Positions 35,908-45,115 of a DNA stretch of 64,000 bases are shown here, piece by piece. Positions within the stretch are counted from its first letter, which is position 1. Each line of letters starts with the position of its first letter. A model generated the notes under the pieces. The model saw nothing but the letters and a program-made list of their open reading frames with translations, was not told the origin of the DNA and did not search any database. Source of the DNA: Clostridiales bacterium (GTDB taxonomy: Bacteria; Bacillota; Clostridia; Christensenellales; CAG-314); contig JAFLVL010000001.1 of the NCBI GenBank assembly GCA_022508325.1, positions 2,328-66,327 on the forward strand, read 5' to 3'. The position numbers and the translations under genes are program-made.

Positions 35908-36675
35908 CTATTGCAAATCCCGTCTCTTGGGGTAAAAGCTGTCAAAAATCATATTGTCAAAACAGTCGTGTAGCTCGTCGTACTGCTTTTGGCTCTTCAC
36001 CGTCCAACAAATAATGGGTATCTTTTTGCCAAAACGCGCGACGGCTTTGTTGGTTTTCAAAGTGGTGGCGTCGTATGCGATGAATTGACTGCCGTTCCAC
36101 TTACATAGTATCAGTTTAGACAGTAGCCAGCGCTTGAACGCCGAAAATCCTGTGTTTTCGAAGGAAAAGGAAAGTTGACCGCGAATAACCTCCGGAGCGT
36201 GAACCTTGAACCAGCGCACAATAAAAGGGTTGAACGACTCTATGCAGTAGTTGCCCTTGTAATTTTTTAGAGCAGTGTACACCTTTTGTTCAACCTCGCC
36301 GATATTCTCGTGTGTCTTGATCTCCACAACGAGATTGACGCCGTCAGCCGCCTGCAAAAATTCCTCAAACGTCGGTATTCGGCAGTCGGTATCAAGCAAA
36401 CGCAACGCACGCAGCTCCTCAAAGGTATAGTCGCAGAGCTTTCCGACTGCTCCGGTCATGCGTTTCAATGTGTCGTCGTGAAAGACCACCAAAACGCCGT
36501 CCTTACTCATCTGAACGTCCGTCTCGATTCCGAAACCGTTCTTCACTGCCAATTCAAATGCGGGCAGCGAATTTTCGGGAATTCCTTTGGCATTGTCGAA
36601 AAAACCTCTATGCGCTATGTAGACGTCCGTCAACCATTTGTATTCTTGTCTAATCACTGTTAGCTCCTTACCCAA
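35908..36675 (-). CDS. glycerophosphodiester phosphodiesterase (GDPD)
   Basis: IAHRG..ENS..AF and ETDVQMSKDGVLVVFHDDTL motifs. No signal peptide. Confidence 0.85.
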   Translation of the reverse strand: MGKELTVIRQEYKWLTDVYIAHRGFFDNAKGIPENSLPAFELAVKNGFGIETDVQMSKDGVLVVFHDDTLKRMTGAVGKLCDYTFEELRALRLLDTDCRIPTFEEFLQAADGVNLVVEIKTHENIGEVEQKVYTALKNYKGNYCIESFNPFIVRWFKVHAPEVIRGQLSFSFENTGFSAFKRWLLSKLILCKWNGSQFIAYDATTLKTNKAVARFGKKIPIICWTVKSQKQYDELHDCFDNMIFDSFYPKRRDLQ

Positions 36676-36757
36676 TAGCGTGTATGCAAATGCGACTATG
36701 TACAGATTATCTCAAAATACATTATATAATAAACATACTAAAAATGCAATATCTTCC

Positions 36758-36786
36758 TAGACAAATATAGCAAATTAAGATATAAT
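36758..36786 (+). promoter_or_regulatory. lepA promoter placing the TSS at the start codon
   Basis: TAGACA, 17-nt spacer, TATAAT (36781-86). Only AGAAAC lies before ATG 36793 and there is no SD. Confidence 0.55.
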
Positions 36787-36792
36787 AGAAAC

Positions 36793-38592
36793 ATGTCACA
36801 GCAAAACACACGAAATTTTTGTATAATTGCCCATATCGACCACGGCAAAAGCACGCTTGCCGACCGTCTTATGGAATACACAGGACAGGTCGCTAAGCGC
36901 GATCTCGAAGCGCAAATGCTCGACTCGATGGATATCGAACGCGAGCGCGGCATAACCATTAAGCTTGCACCTGTCAAAATGAAGTACGTCAAGGGCGGCG
37001 TAGAATATACGTTGAACCTAATCGATACCCCGGGTCACGTGGACTTTAATTACGAGGTTTCACGTTCTCTTGCGGCGTGCGAGGGGGCGTTGCTCGTCGT
37101 GGACGCGTCGCAGGGCGTCGAGGCGCAGACTTTGGCAAATTGCTACTTGGCTCTCGAGAACGACCTGGAAATAATCCCCGTGATCAACAAAATCGACCTT
37201 CCCTCGGCAGATATCGAGGGCGCAAAACGCGAGATTGAGGACGCAATCGGTCTTGACGCGTCAAAAGCCCCGCTCGTATCTGCAAAAGAGGGTGTAAATA
37301 TCAAGGACGTACTGGACGCAGTGGTTGAAATTGTTCCTCCCCCAAGCGGCGACGAGACTAAACCGTTGAAAGCGTTGATTTTTGACTGCCAATACGACAA
37401 CTACAAAGGCGTTATTATCTTCACGCGCATAGTGGACGGTCAAGTTTCCGTAGGCACAACGATAAAAATGTTTGAAACCAAGGACAAAACCTTTGACGTG
37501 ACGGAAGTAGGCATTTTTGCGCCTGCCATGCGTCCTGTTGAGAGCTTGAAAGCCGGTGACGTAGGCTACATTTGCGCAAGTATCAAGACGGTATCGGACA
37601 CCAAGGTCGGTGATACCATTACCGACGCGAAAAACCCGTGCGGCGAGCCTCTGAAGGGCTATAAAGAAGTAAAACCTATGGTCTTTTGCGGAATTTTCCC
37701 CGCGGACGGCAGTAAATACAACGATTTGAAGGACGCACTCGAGAAATTGAAGCTCAACGACGCATCGTTGACGTATGAACCCGACACTTCGGTTGCTTTG
37801 GGCTTCGGTTTCCGTTGCGGATTTTTGGGATTACTCCACATGGAGATAATTCAGGAGCGTTTGGAGCGCGAATTTGACCTTGACCTCGTGACTACGGCGC
37901 CTAGCGTAGTGTATAAGGTGTTTACTACGCAGGGCGAAGTGTTGATGATAGACAACCCCACCAAATTGCCACCTGTGACGTCCATTGAGCATATCGAAGA
38001 ACCGATAGTGAAAGCGGAATTGTTCTCGCCCAAAGAGTACGTCGGCGACGTGATGGGACTATGTCAAGATAAGCGCGGCGTATTCGTGGATATGACCTAT
38101 CTCGACACGCGCAGAGTAAAAATAACCTACGACATTCCGCTAAATGAGATAATTTACAACTTTTTCGACACGTTGAAGTCACGCACGCGCGGATACGCCA
38201 GCCTGGACTATGAATTGAAGGGCTTTACGCCGGGTAAGCTAGTGCGCATGGATATGCTGTTGAACGGCGAAGTGTGTGACGCTCTGTCAATTATTGTCAA
38301 CGAGGAACGCGCCTACGCCCGCGGCAGACAAATGGCGGAGAAATTGAAAGAAGCAATCCCTCGCCAAATGTTTGAGATTCCCATTCAGGCGGCTATCGGC
38401 AACAAAATCATCGCCCGCGAGACGGTAAAGGCGCTTAGAAAAGACGTTCTTGCAAAGTGCTACGGCGGCGATATTACCCGCAAAAAGAAACTGCTTGAGA
38501 AGCAAAAAGAGGGTAAAAAGCGTATGCGCCAGGTCGGCTCCGTCAGCGTACCCAGTGAAGCGTTCATGTCAATACTAAAAATCGATGATTAA
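36793..38592 (+). CDS. lepA: elongation factor 4
   Basis: [16 protein letters not shown]. 599 aa. Confidence 0.97.
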   Translation: MSQQNTRNFCIIAHIDHGKSTLADRLMEYTGQVAKRDLEAQMLDSMDIERERGITIKLAPVKMKYVKGGVEYTLNLIDTPGHVDFNYEVSRSLAACEGALLVVDASQGVEAQTLANCYLALENDLEIIPVINKIDLPSADIEGAKREIEDAIGLDASKAPLVSAKEGVNIKDVLDAVVEIVPPPSGDETKPLKALIFDCQYDNYKGVIIFTRIVDGQVSVGTTIKMFETKDKTFDVTEVGIFAPAMRPVESLKAGDVGYICASIKTVSDTKVGDTITDAKNPCGEPLKGYKEVKPMVFCGIFPADGSKYNDLKDALEKLKLNDASLTYEPDTSVALGFGFRCGFLGLLHMEIIQERLEREFDLDLVTTAPSVVYKVFTTQGEVLMIDNPTKLPPVTSIEHIEEPIVKAELFSPKEYVGDVMGLCQDKRGVFVDMTYLDTRRVKITYDIPLNEIIYNFFDTLKSRTRGYASLDYELKGFTPGKLVRMDMLLNGEVCDALSIIVNEERAYARGRQMAEKLKEAIPRQMFEIPIQAAIGNKIIARETVKALRKDVLAKCYGGDITRKKKLLEKQKEGKKRMRQVGSVSVPSEAFMSILKIDD

Positions 38593-39703
38593 ACAAAAGT
38601 ATTCGATTTACGTTCATATCCCATTTTGTAAAGCGCGGTGCGGTTACTGCGCTTTTTCATCATGCACGGATTTCGGACTCGTAGAGCGGTATTTTGAGAG
38701 GCTATTTGAAGAAATAGAGTACTACGGCGACAAAAAACCTGAAATATATACGGTATATATAGGTGGCGGAACACCCTCGTCGGTCGATAAGAACCTATTG
38801 AACGACCTATTCGATAAACTACGTGTCAATTTTGACCTGTCAAAGGTGGTGGAAGTCACCGTCGAATGTAATCCCGAGAGTGCGACGGAGGAATTGCTGC
38901 GTTGCTTGAAGGCAAACGGCGTAAACCGTTTGAGTTTCGGTCTGCAAAGCGTCAATGACGCCACTTTGAAGCGCATAGGGCGACTGCACGATTTCAAACA
39001 GTTTGAAAAAGCCCTGAAATTAGCGCGTCAGCTAGGCTTTGAGAATATCAACGCCGATTTGATAGTAGGTCTGCCCGAAACCAAAGAAGAATTTTATCGC
39101 TCGGTAGAAGTGGTTGGCGGCTTTAACTTACAACATGTAAGTATTTACGCCTTGGAATTGCACGAGGGAACGCCATTATACAATCTGTGTAAGGCAGAGT
39201 ATCATTTTGACGACGACGAAATGGCTGATATGTACGACAAAGCCTGTGAGATACTGTTCAAATGCGGCTTAGAACGCTATGAAATCTCTAATTTCGCGAG
39301 AAAAGGACAGGAAAGCAAACACAATCTCAACTATTGGCAGGAAGGTCGTTACTTTGCATTTGGCGCAAGCGCAAGCGGTTTTGTCGGCGACGTCCGCTAT
39401 ACAAATCCGTATGAGATAAAGCAATATCTGTCTACTCCTGTCAAGCTCTTGCATAACGATTGTGAGAAGCTGACTGGTGGGGAACAGGCCAACGAATTCG
39501 TTATGCTCGGTTTGAGACTGATGGACGGAGTGTCGCTAGAGGAATTTGAAGCGAGATACAGCGTTGACTTTTTCGTTTTCTTCCCAAATGCCCGAAAACT
39601 TGTAGAGCTCGGTCTTTTACGCATAGATAGCGGTCGTGTAACCGTACCGCCCGACAAGCTCTACGTTGTAAACTCAATTCTCGTCGAACTTCTGATAATC
39701 TAG
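38585..39703 (+). CDS. hemW: radical SAM heme chaperone HemW-like
   Basis: [10 protein letters not shown] (CxxxCxxC). Standard position after lepA. 8-nt overlap. Confidence 0.85.
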   Translation: MIKQKYSIYVHIPFCKARCGYCAFSSCTDFGLVERYFERLFEEIEYYGDKKPEIYTVYIGGGTPSSVDKNLLNDLFDKLRVNFDLSKVVEVTVECNPESATEELLRCLKANGVNRLSFGLQSVNDATLKRIGRLHDFKQFEKALKLARQLGFENINADLIVGLPETKEEFYRSVEVVGGFNLQHVSIYALELHEGTPLYNLCKAEYHFDDDEMADMYDKACEILFKCGLERYEISNFARKGQESKHNLNYWQEGRYFAFGASASGFVGDVRYTNPYEIKQYLSTPVKLLHNDCEKLTGGEQANEFVMLGLRLMDGVSLEEFEARYSVDFFVFFPNARKLVELGLLRIDSGRVTVPPDKLYVVNSILVELLII

Positions 39704-39732
39704 TTCTACTATGTCAAAAATTGGGCTTTTAC

Positions 39733-39759
39733 AGAATACTATTTCACACATAGTATTCT
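39733..39759. repeat. copy P3 of the palindrome (perfect 10-bp arms)
   Basis: AGAATACTAT-TTCACAC-ATAGTATTCT. Confidence 0.8.
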
Positions 39760-39808
39760 AAAATAGCTCAAAATTTGATTAAAATACCCATTTGCATGGT
39801 GCAGAGGC

Positions 39809-39837
39809 TTGCAAATCTGCTTAAACTCTGTTATAAT
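39809..39837 (+). promoter_or_regulatory. promoter of the LysR-family gene
   Basis: TTGCAA, 17-nt spacer, TATAAT. Confidence 0.6.
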
Positions 39838-39898
39838 TACATAAGTAAATTTTATTGCAAATTATTTTTTGACAAAGTTTACCTATATAAGGTGTACA

Positions 39899-40804
39899 AT
39901 GAAGCTATTGCAAATGAGGTATTTTCAGACGGTCTGTCGGTATGGCAGTATCACCAAGGCGGCGGAGGAGTTATTCGTCAGTCAGCCTACCATATCTTTT
40001 TGTCTGAAAGAGCTTGAGGAGGAATTTGGCGTAAAACTATTTCATCGCAGACACAACCGTTTGCAGTTGACGGTAGAAGGTCAGTTTTTCCTCGATAAGG
40101 TGAATTACATTTTGCAAGCGGTGGATTCTTTGTCTACGCAGATGAAGGACATGGGAAACAATCACAATCACGTAAAGATTGCCGTACCTGCAATGATTTC
40201 CACTTTTCTATTTCCGCGAATGTTCAACGCCTACACCGAGATGTACCCCCAGGTTGAACTGGAGATGTTGGAAACCGGCAGCTTGCAGGCACGCAAGCTC
40301 GTTGACGCCAACTCCGTTGACCTAGGCATCACAATTCTAGACAATTTCGTTTCCGATAGCTACAACGTGCTCCCTCTCGTGTCTACCGAATTGGTATTTT
40401 GCGTGAGCAAACGGCATCCGTTGGCGGGCAGAGACCGCATTTCTTTTAAGGAATTGGCAGACGAGCGCATAATTTTGTTCAAGGCGGACAGCTATCAGAA
40501 TATTTTCATTAAGCGCGCCTTTTCCGAGGTGGGCGTCGACCCAAAAATTCTGTTGTACTCCTCCCAGCTGTACACAATCAAGGAGTTTTTGTCTTATGGC
40601 ACGGCGGGCGCGTTCTTGTATAGACAAGTCGCCGAGATGGACAAAGATCTCGTATGCATACCGCTTGACCAGGCGATAATTCAAGAAATCGTACTGATTT
40701 GGTCCAAGAGTAGCAGTTTATATTCCGATTCGGAGAACTTCATTCAATTCGTAAAACAATTTCATTACAATAATCAGGAGGCAAAAAATGAATATTTGGC
40801 ATGA
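39899..40804 (+). CDS. LysR-family transcriptional regulator
   Basis: [33 protein letters not shown] is an LTTR wHTH. Start placed at the internal ATG. Confidence 0.9.
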   Translation: MKLLQMRYFQTVCRYGSITKAAEELFVSQPTISFCLKELEEEFGVKLFHRRHNRLQLTVEGQFFLDKVNYILQAVDSLSTQMKDMGNNHNHVKIAVPAMISTFLFPRMFNAYTEMYPQVELEMLETGSLQARKLVDANSVDLGITILDNFVSDSYNVLPLVSTELVFCVSKRHPLAGRDRISFKELADERIILFKADSYQNIFIKRAFSEVGVDPKILLYSSQLYTIKEFLSYGTAGAFLYRQVAEMDKDLVCIPLDQAIIQEIVLIWSKSSSLYSDSENFIQFVKQFHYNNQEAKNEYLA

Positions 40805-41324
40805 TATAGCTCGTAACAGAATAAGCTCAAACGACTTTTACGCAGTAATCGAGATTACAAAAGGCAGCAAAATGAAATACGAGCTTGACAAAGAGACAGG
40901 TCTGCTCGTACTCGACAGAATTTTGTACACGTCCACCCATTACCCCGCAAACTACGGCTTTATTCCCCGTACACTTGCCGAGGACGGCGACCCCATGGAC
41001 GTATTGGTACTTTGCTCCGAACCGCTTTTGGCGCATAGCCTCGTCAGATGCTACCCAATCGGCGTAATCATCATGAACGACAACGGTTCAATGGACGAGA
41101 AGATTATCGCAATTCCGTATACCGATCCCAACTACAACACGTACAAGTCCATCAACGACCTACCCTCGCACATCTTCGAAGAAATGCAGCATTTCTTCAC
41201 CGTGTACAAAGAGTTGGAGAACAAACCGACGTCGGTATCGGAAGTACACGACCTTGATGTCGCCAAGTCCATAGTGCAGAAGTCCATTGACAGTTATATA
41301 AAGAATATTTTGTCAAAACGTTAA
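40788..41324 (+). CDS. ppa: inorganic pyrophosphatase (family I)
   Basis: YPANYGFIP and [10 protein letters not shown]. Confidence 0.92.
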   Translation: MNIWHDIARNRISSNDFYAVIEITKGSKMKYELDKETGLLVLDRILYTSTHYPANYGFIPRTLAEDGDPMDVLVLCSEPLLAHSLVRCYPIGVIIMNDNGSMDEKIIAIPYTDPNYNTYKSINDLPSHIFEEMQHFFTVYKELENKPTSVSEVHDLDVAKSIVQKSIDSYIKNILSKR

Positions 41325-41328
41325 AGAA

Positions 41329-41364
41329 AACCTGCAAGGTGATGCGCCTTGCAGGTTATTTTAT
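41329..41364. terminator. bidirectional terminator (ppa / rtcB convergent)
   Basis: Perfect 11-bp stem AACCTGCAAGG/CCTTGCAGGTT, then ATTTTATT. Confidence 0.8.
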
Positions 41365-41432
41365 TGATTGTAGTAGCTTTTCGCAATTTACCGTGCCGAA
41401 ATTACGTTTTGTTTGCTGTTTTTGTTTCATTT

Positions 41433-42629
41433 TTATTTTGTATTATTTTCGCTTGCCTTGAAGTTGTACAGGGGCTTGACGTTTTCTTCGATTTCCACAG
41501 TGTCACCAATGTTGTCGATAATAGACTGCATGGGCTTGTACGCCATCGGCGATTCGTCGATAGTGGACTGCCCAACCGACGTTGAGAATATACCTTGCAT
41601 AGACTCTGCAAATTCTTCAATGCTAATCAGTTGCTTTGCCTCGCCCCTGCTCATGAGACGTCCCGCGCCGTGGGGAGCGGAGTAGTTCCATTCCGGATTG
41701 CCTTTACCTACGCAAATCAGCGCGCCGTCGCGCATATTCATAGGAATAATCAGTCGTTCGCCCTTTTGCGCCGATACTGCGCCTTTTCTCAATATCATAT
41801 TTTCCGTGTCAAGGTAGTTGTGAATTGTGGTGAAGCCATGCGACATAGTGAGCCCACATTCTGTCAGTATCGTTTCGGTTATCGCCTTTCTGTTGAGAAC
41901 GGCGAATTGCTGTACGATTTTCATATCGTGGACGTAGTCGTCGAATAGCTGCCCCTCGCAGTAAGCAAGGTCTTGGGGGATTCGCGCCCCGCCGAAGCGT
42001 TTCAGCTCATGTTCTATTTCCTTTTCTCTACCTTGAAGTTTAAGCTGAAGTACCAGCATTTCCGCCGCCCTCTTGTTGAGGTCTGAGAAAGCCGCCTTTT
42101 GATAGTATCTTGCGACTTCGGTGCCGAGATGTCGGCTGCCCGAGTGCACGACGAGTAGTAGTTGACCGTTCTCGGCTTTGTCCACCTCGATGAAGTGGTT
42201 TCCGCCGCCCAACGTTCCCAGCGACATTTTAGCGTATTCGGTGTCAACGCGATTAGCGCACCTGAGGCTCTTCAAATCAATTTGTTTGAAGTAGCTATGC
42301 GCTCTCTGTCTCACTGCCATGCCGGAGGGAACGTAATTTCTGATTACGTTGTCGAGCTTGCCGAAGTCGATTTCGCGCTCGTTCAAGTAGGTTACTTCCA
42401 TTCCGCAGCCGATATCTACGCCTACGAGATTCGGGATAATTTTGTCGCCGACAGTCATAGTCGTGCCAATGGTACAGCCTGCGCCTGCGTGAACGTCTGG
42501 CATCAGACGAATTTTCTGACCTTGAGACATGGGCTGATTGAGTATTTCGATAATCTGCGAAATGCTCTCTTGGTCGATTATATCGGTGTAAACGTACGCC
42601 ATGTTGTATTTTCCACGTAATTCTATCAT
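41433..42629 (-). CDS. rtcB: RNA-splicing ligase RtcB
   Basis: GGGNHFIE and HSGSRHLG motifs. Start placed at ATG 42629, preceded by GGAGG. Confidence 0.92.
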   Translation of the reverse strand: MIELRGKYNMAYVYTDIIDQESISQIIEILNQPMSQGQKIRLMPDVHAGAGCTIGTTMTVGDKIIPNLVGVDIGCGMEVTYLNEREIDFGKLDNVIRNYVPSGMAVRQRAHSYFKQIDLKSLRCANRVDTEYAKMSLGTLGGGNHFIEVDKAENGQLLLVVHSGSRHLGTEVARYYQKAAFSDLNKRAAEMLVLQLKLQGREKEIEHELKRFGGARIPQDLAYCEGQLFDDYVHDMKIVQQFAVLNRKAITETILTECGLTMSHGFTTIHNYLDTENMILRKGAVSAQKGERLIIPMNMRDGALICVGKGNPEWNYSAPHGAGRLMSRGEAKQLISIEEFAESMQGIFSTSVGQSTIDESPMAYKPMQSIIDNIGDTVEIEENVKPLYNFKASENNTK

Positions 42630-42708
42630 GTTCGTTCCTCCTTTTCCGACCAAACGCGCGTTGGTCTTATATTTGATGTTTTTTAGTTTTGGCATGGTAA
42701 ATTGCAAT

Positions 42709-42731
42709 AAAAAAACAGGTCTGTGACCTGT
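42709..42731 (-). terminator. intrinsic terminator about 80 nt upstream of rtcB
   Basis: Minus strand reads ACAGGTC-ACA-GACCTGT followed by seven T. Confidence 0.65.
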
Positions 42732-42805
42732 AGCTAAGCGAGAAAGCGTTTATGTTGCTAAATTTTGCGCGACGCTCCTTTCGCCGCCTACTACATCATA
42801 TCTAT

Positions 42806-42833
42806 ATCATATCATATTCGCCCAGCTTGTCAA
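42806..42833 (-). promoter_or_regulatory. minus-strand promoter upstream of that terminator
   Basis: Minus strand reads TTGACA (42833-28), 16-nt spacer, TATGAT (42811-06). Confidence 0.45.
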
Positions 42834-42884
42834 ATGTTTTTCGCTTATTGGTTAATAAAAATGCGATGAGCGGCAACATAAAAG

Positions 42885-42938
42885 GCTTCTCTGTGCAAGG
42901 GGAGCTATCGCCAAAGGCGACTGAGGGACTGTCGTAAT
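42885..42938 (+). other. two-hairpin conserved motif, copy 2
   Basis: P1 is GCTTCTCT/AGGGGAGC (two G.U). P2 is TCGCC-AAA-GGCGA. Tail is CTGAGGGACTGTCGTAAT. Confidence 0.45.
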
Positions 42939-42979
42939 CTAATAATATTTTATTTATACAATAATCTACGCGCAGAATC

Positions 42980-43008
42980 TTGCAATAATATAAAATATTT
43001 GTTAGAAT
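42980..43008 (+). promoter_or_regulatory. rarA promoter placing the TSS at the start codon
   Basis: TTGCAA, 17-nt spacer, TAGAAT (43003-08). Then AGTATC and ATG 43015, with no SD. Confidence 0.55.
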
Positions 43009-43014
43009 AGTATC

Positions 43015-44391
43015 ATGGCACAATATGAACAAAATTCAATATTCAATGAAGAAAGGACTCTAAATATTCCACTCGCCGAGAGAATGAGACCCAAGGTGCT
43101 GTCGGAGTTTATCGGGCAGAGTCACATCATATACGACGGGTCTCTGCTTTGTCGCGCAATCAAGGCGGACAGGCTGGGCAGCTGTATTTTTTGGGGCGCG
43201 CCGGGCACAGGCAAAACGTCCCTTGCCAACGTGATTGCCAACACGACAGGCAGTCACTTTGAAAAGTTGAACGCCGTAAGTAGCGGTGTCGCCGACGCCA
43301 AGAAAATCATCGACGAGGCAACTCGCCGCTTCAACGCCTACGGACAGAAGACCTATCTCTTGCTCGACGAATGTCACCGTTGGAACAAGGCGCAGAGCGA
43401 CTGCATGTTGCCCGCTATCGAAAAGGGCGTGATTACCCTTATCGGCTCGACGACGGAGAATCCCTACGTCGCAATGACTCGTGCAATAGTTTCACGGTGC
43501 CGCGTTTTCGAATTCTTACCCCTCAATAAAGACGACATAAAGAAGGGCTTGACACAGGCGCTTGAGCGTGACGTGGTTCTTTCGCGTCGCAAGATTATTC
43601 TGGACGACGACGCTCTGGAATACATCGCGGAGACTGCCGCGGGCGACTTGCGTAGCGCGTACAACGCCTTGGAACTTGCAGTTATGACCACCGATATGGA
43701 CGAAGACGGCAGTGTGCGCGTCACCAAGCTAATTGCTTCGCAATCCATGCAGAAAAAAGCGTTATCCGTCGACACAGGCATGTATTACGACATGATTAGC
43801 GCGTTTATCAAGAGTATGCGCGGCAGTGACCCCAACGCGGCGATGTTTTGGTTCGAGAGGCTATTGGAAGCAGGCACCGACCCGTTACTTCTGGCAAGAA
43901 GAATTGTGATTCACGCTTCCGAAGACGTCGGTCTTGCCGACCCAATGGCGCTGGTGGTTGCAACGTCAGCGTTGACGGCCTTTCAAAATATAGGACTTCC
44001 CGAAGGGCGCATACCTCTTACTGAGGCAATTCTGTATATTTGCAACTGTCCGAAGTCCAATTCAGTAGTCACTACGCTTGACGCTGCGACGGCATCTGCC
44101 AAGAATAACCCAACTGCGCGCGTACCGAGCTATCTTATGGATATGAATTTCCCGAGAGGTACGGAAGAGCTAGACGCTCCTGCCTACAAATACCCGCACA
44201 ATTACGGCGGATGGGTTGAGCAACAATATCTGCCCAACGACGTAAAGGACGAGGTATATTACACGCCGACAGGCAACGGTCAAGACGTAGGTTGTCGCCA
44301 ACTCCGAAAAGGAAAGTTCAACGTTCCCGAAGGTCAGGAGGCAGGTTGCCCTATGCAGAAAAAATTAGGAATTAAGGTGAAAAATGATTAG
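43015..44391 (+). CDS. rarA: replication-associated recombination protein A (AAA+)
   Basis: GAPGTGKTSLA, LLDECHRWNK and the MgsA C-terminal domain. Confidence 0.93.
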   Translation: MAQYEQNSIFNEERTLNIPLAERMRPKVLSEFIGQSHIIYDGSLLCRAIKADRLGSCIFWGAPGTGKTSLANVIANTTGSHFEKLNAVSSGVADAKKIIDEATRRFNAYGQKTYLLLDECHRWNKAQSDCMLPAIEKGVITLIGSTTENPYVAMTRAIVSRCRVFEFLPLNKDDIKKGLTQALERDVVLSRRKIILDDDALEYIAETAAGDLRSAYNALELAVMTTDMDEDGSVRVTKLIASQSMQKKALSVDTGMYYDMISAFIKSMRGSDPNAAMFWFERLLEAGTDPLLLARRIVIHASEDVGLADPMALVVATSALTAFQNIGLPEGRIPLTEAILYICNCPKSNSVVTTLDAATASAKNNPTARVPSYLMDMNFPRGTEELDAPAYKYPHNYGGWVEQQYLPNDVKDEVYYTPTGNGQDVGCRQLRKGKFNVPEGQEAGCPMQKKLGIKVKND

Positions 44392-45115
44392 ACTTTACAA
44401 TGTTTTAAAATCGTATGGAAAATCATCAAATTTGGCGGTAGATAATCTCTCTTTGGAGATAAAAGAAGGGGAAATTTTCGGCTTTTTGGGGCCGAACGGC
44501 GCAGGCAAATCCACGACGATCAAGATGATTACGGGAATTTTGACGCCAACAAGCGGAACTATTGAGGTGGACGGCGTGAATATTGCCGACAATCCGATAG
44601 CCGCAAAGTCGCGTATAGGATTCGTGCCCGACAACCACGAAATATACGAGACCTTGAAGGGCAACGAATATCTCAACTTTATAGGAACAATGTACGGCGT
44701 TTCTGCAAGCGATTTGAAAACGCGAGTGGAAGAATATTCGCGGTTGTTTGCCATGACTGATGCTTTGCCCAAAATGATTGGTTCCTATTCCCACGGAATG
44801 AGGCAAAAGCTTTTGATTATTGCCGCGCTCATTCATCACCCGAAGGTGTGGGTATTGGACGAACCCATGACAGGACTTGACCCGCAATCGGCGTTTCAGC
44901 TGAAACAGCTTATGAGAAAATACGCCGACGCGGGCAATACCGTGTTTTTCAGCTCTCACGTCATTGACGTGGTGGAGAAGGTGTGCGACCGCATTGCTAT
45001 TATCAATCACGGCAAACTCGTCGCCGTCGATACGTTGGAAAATATTCGCAAGCAAAACTCAGAGTCTCTTGAGAACCTGTTCTTGTCAATCACTTCGGAC
45101 GGTGAGCCGCAATGA
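44384..45115 (+). CDS. ABC transporter ATP-binding protein
   Basis: GPNGAGKST and VWVLDEPMTGLD. Confidence 0.9.
   Translation: MIRLYNVLKSYGKSSNLAVDNLSLEIKEGEIFGFLGPNGAGKSTTIKMITGILTPTSGTIEVDGVNIADNPIAAKSRIGFVPDNHEIYETLKGNEYLNFIGTMYGVSASDLKTRVEEYSRLFAMTDALPKMIGSYSHGMRQKLLIIAALIHHPKVWVLDEPMTGLDPQSAFQLKQLMRKYADAGNTVFFSSHVIDVVEKVCDRIAIINHGKLVAVDTLENIRKQNSESLENLFLSITSDGEPQ

Noticed and set aside
39733-39759. Reading the palindrome as a CodY box (AATTTTCWGAAAATT), a dif/Xer site, parS, or an intrinsic terminator.
   Set aside because: - CodY box: only 8/15 matches.
- dif and parS: these are single or few-copy sites with different consensus.
- Terminator: the stem is AT-rich with no following U-tract on either strand.
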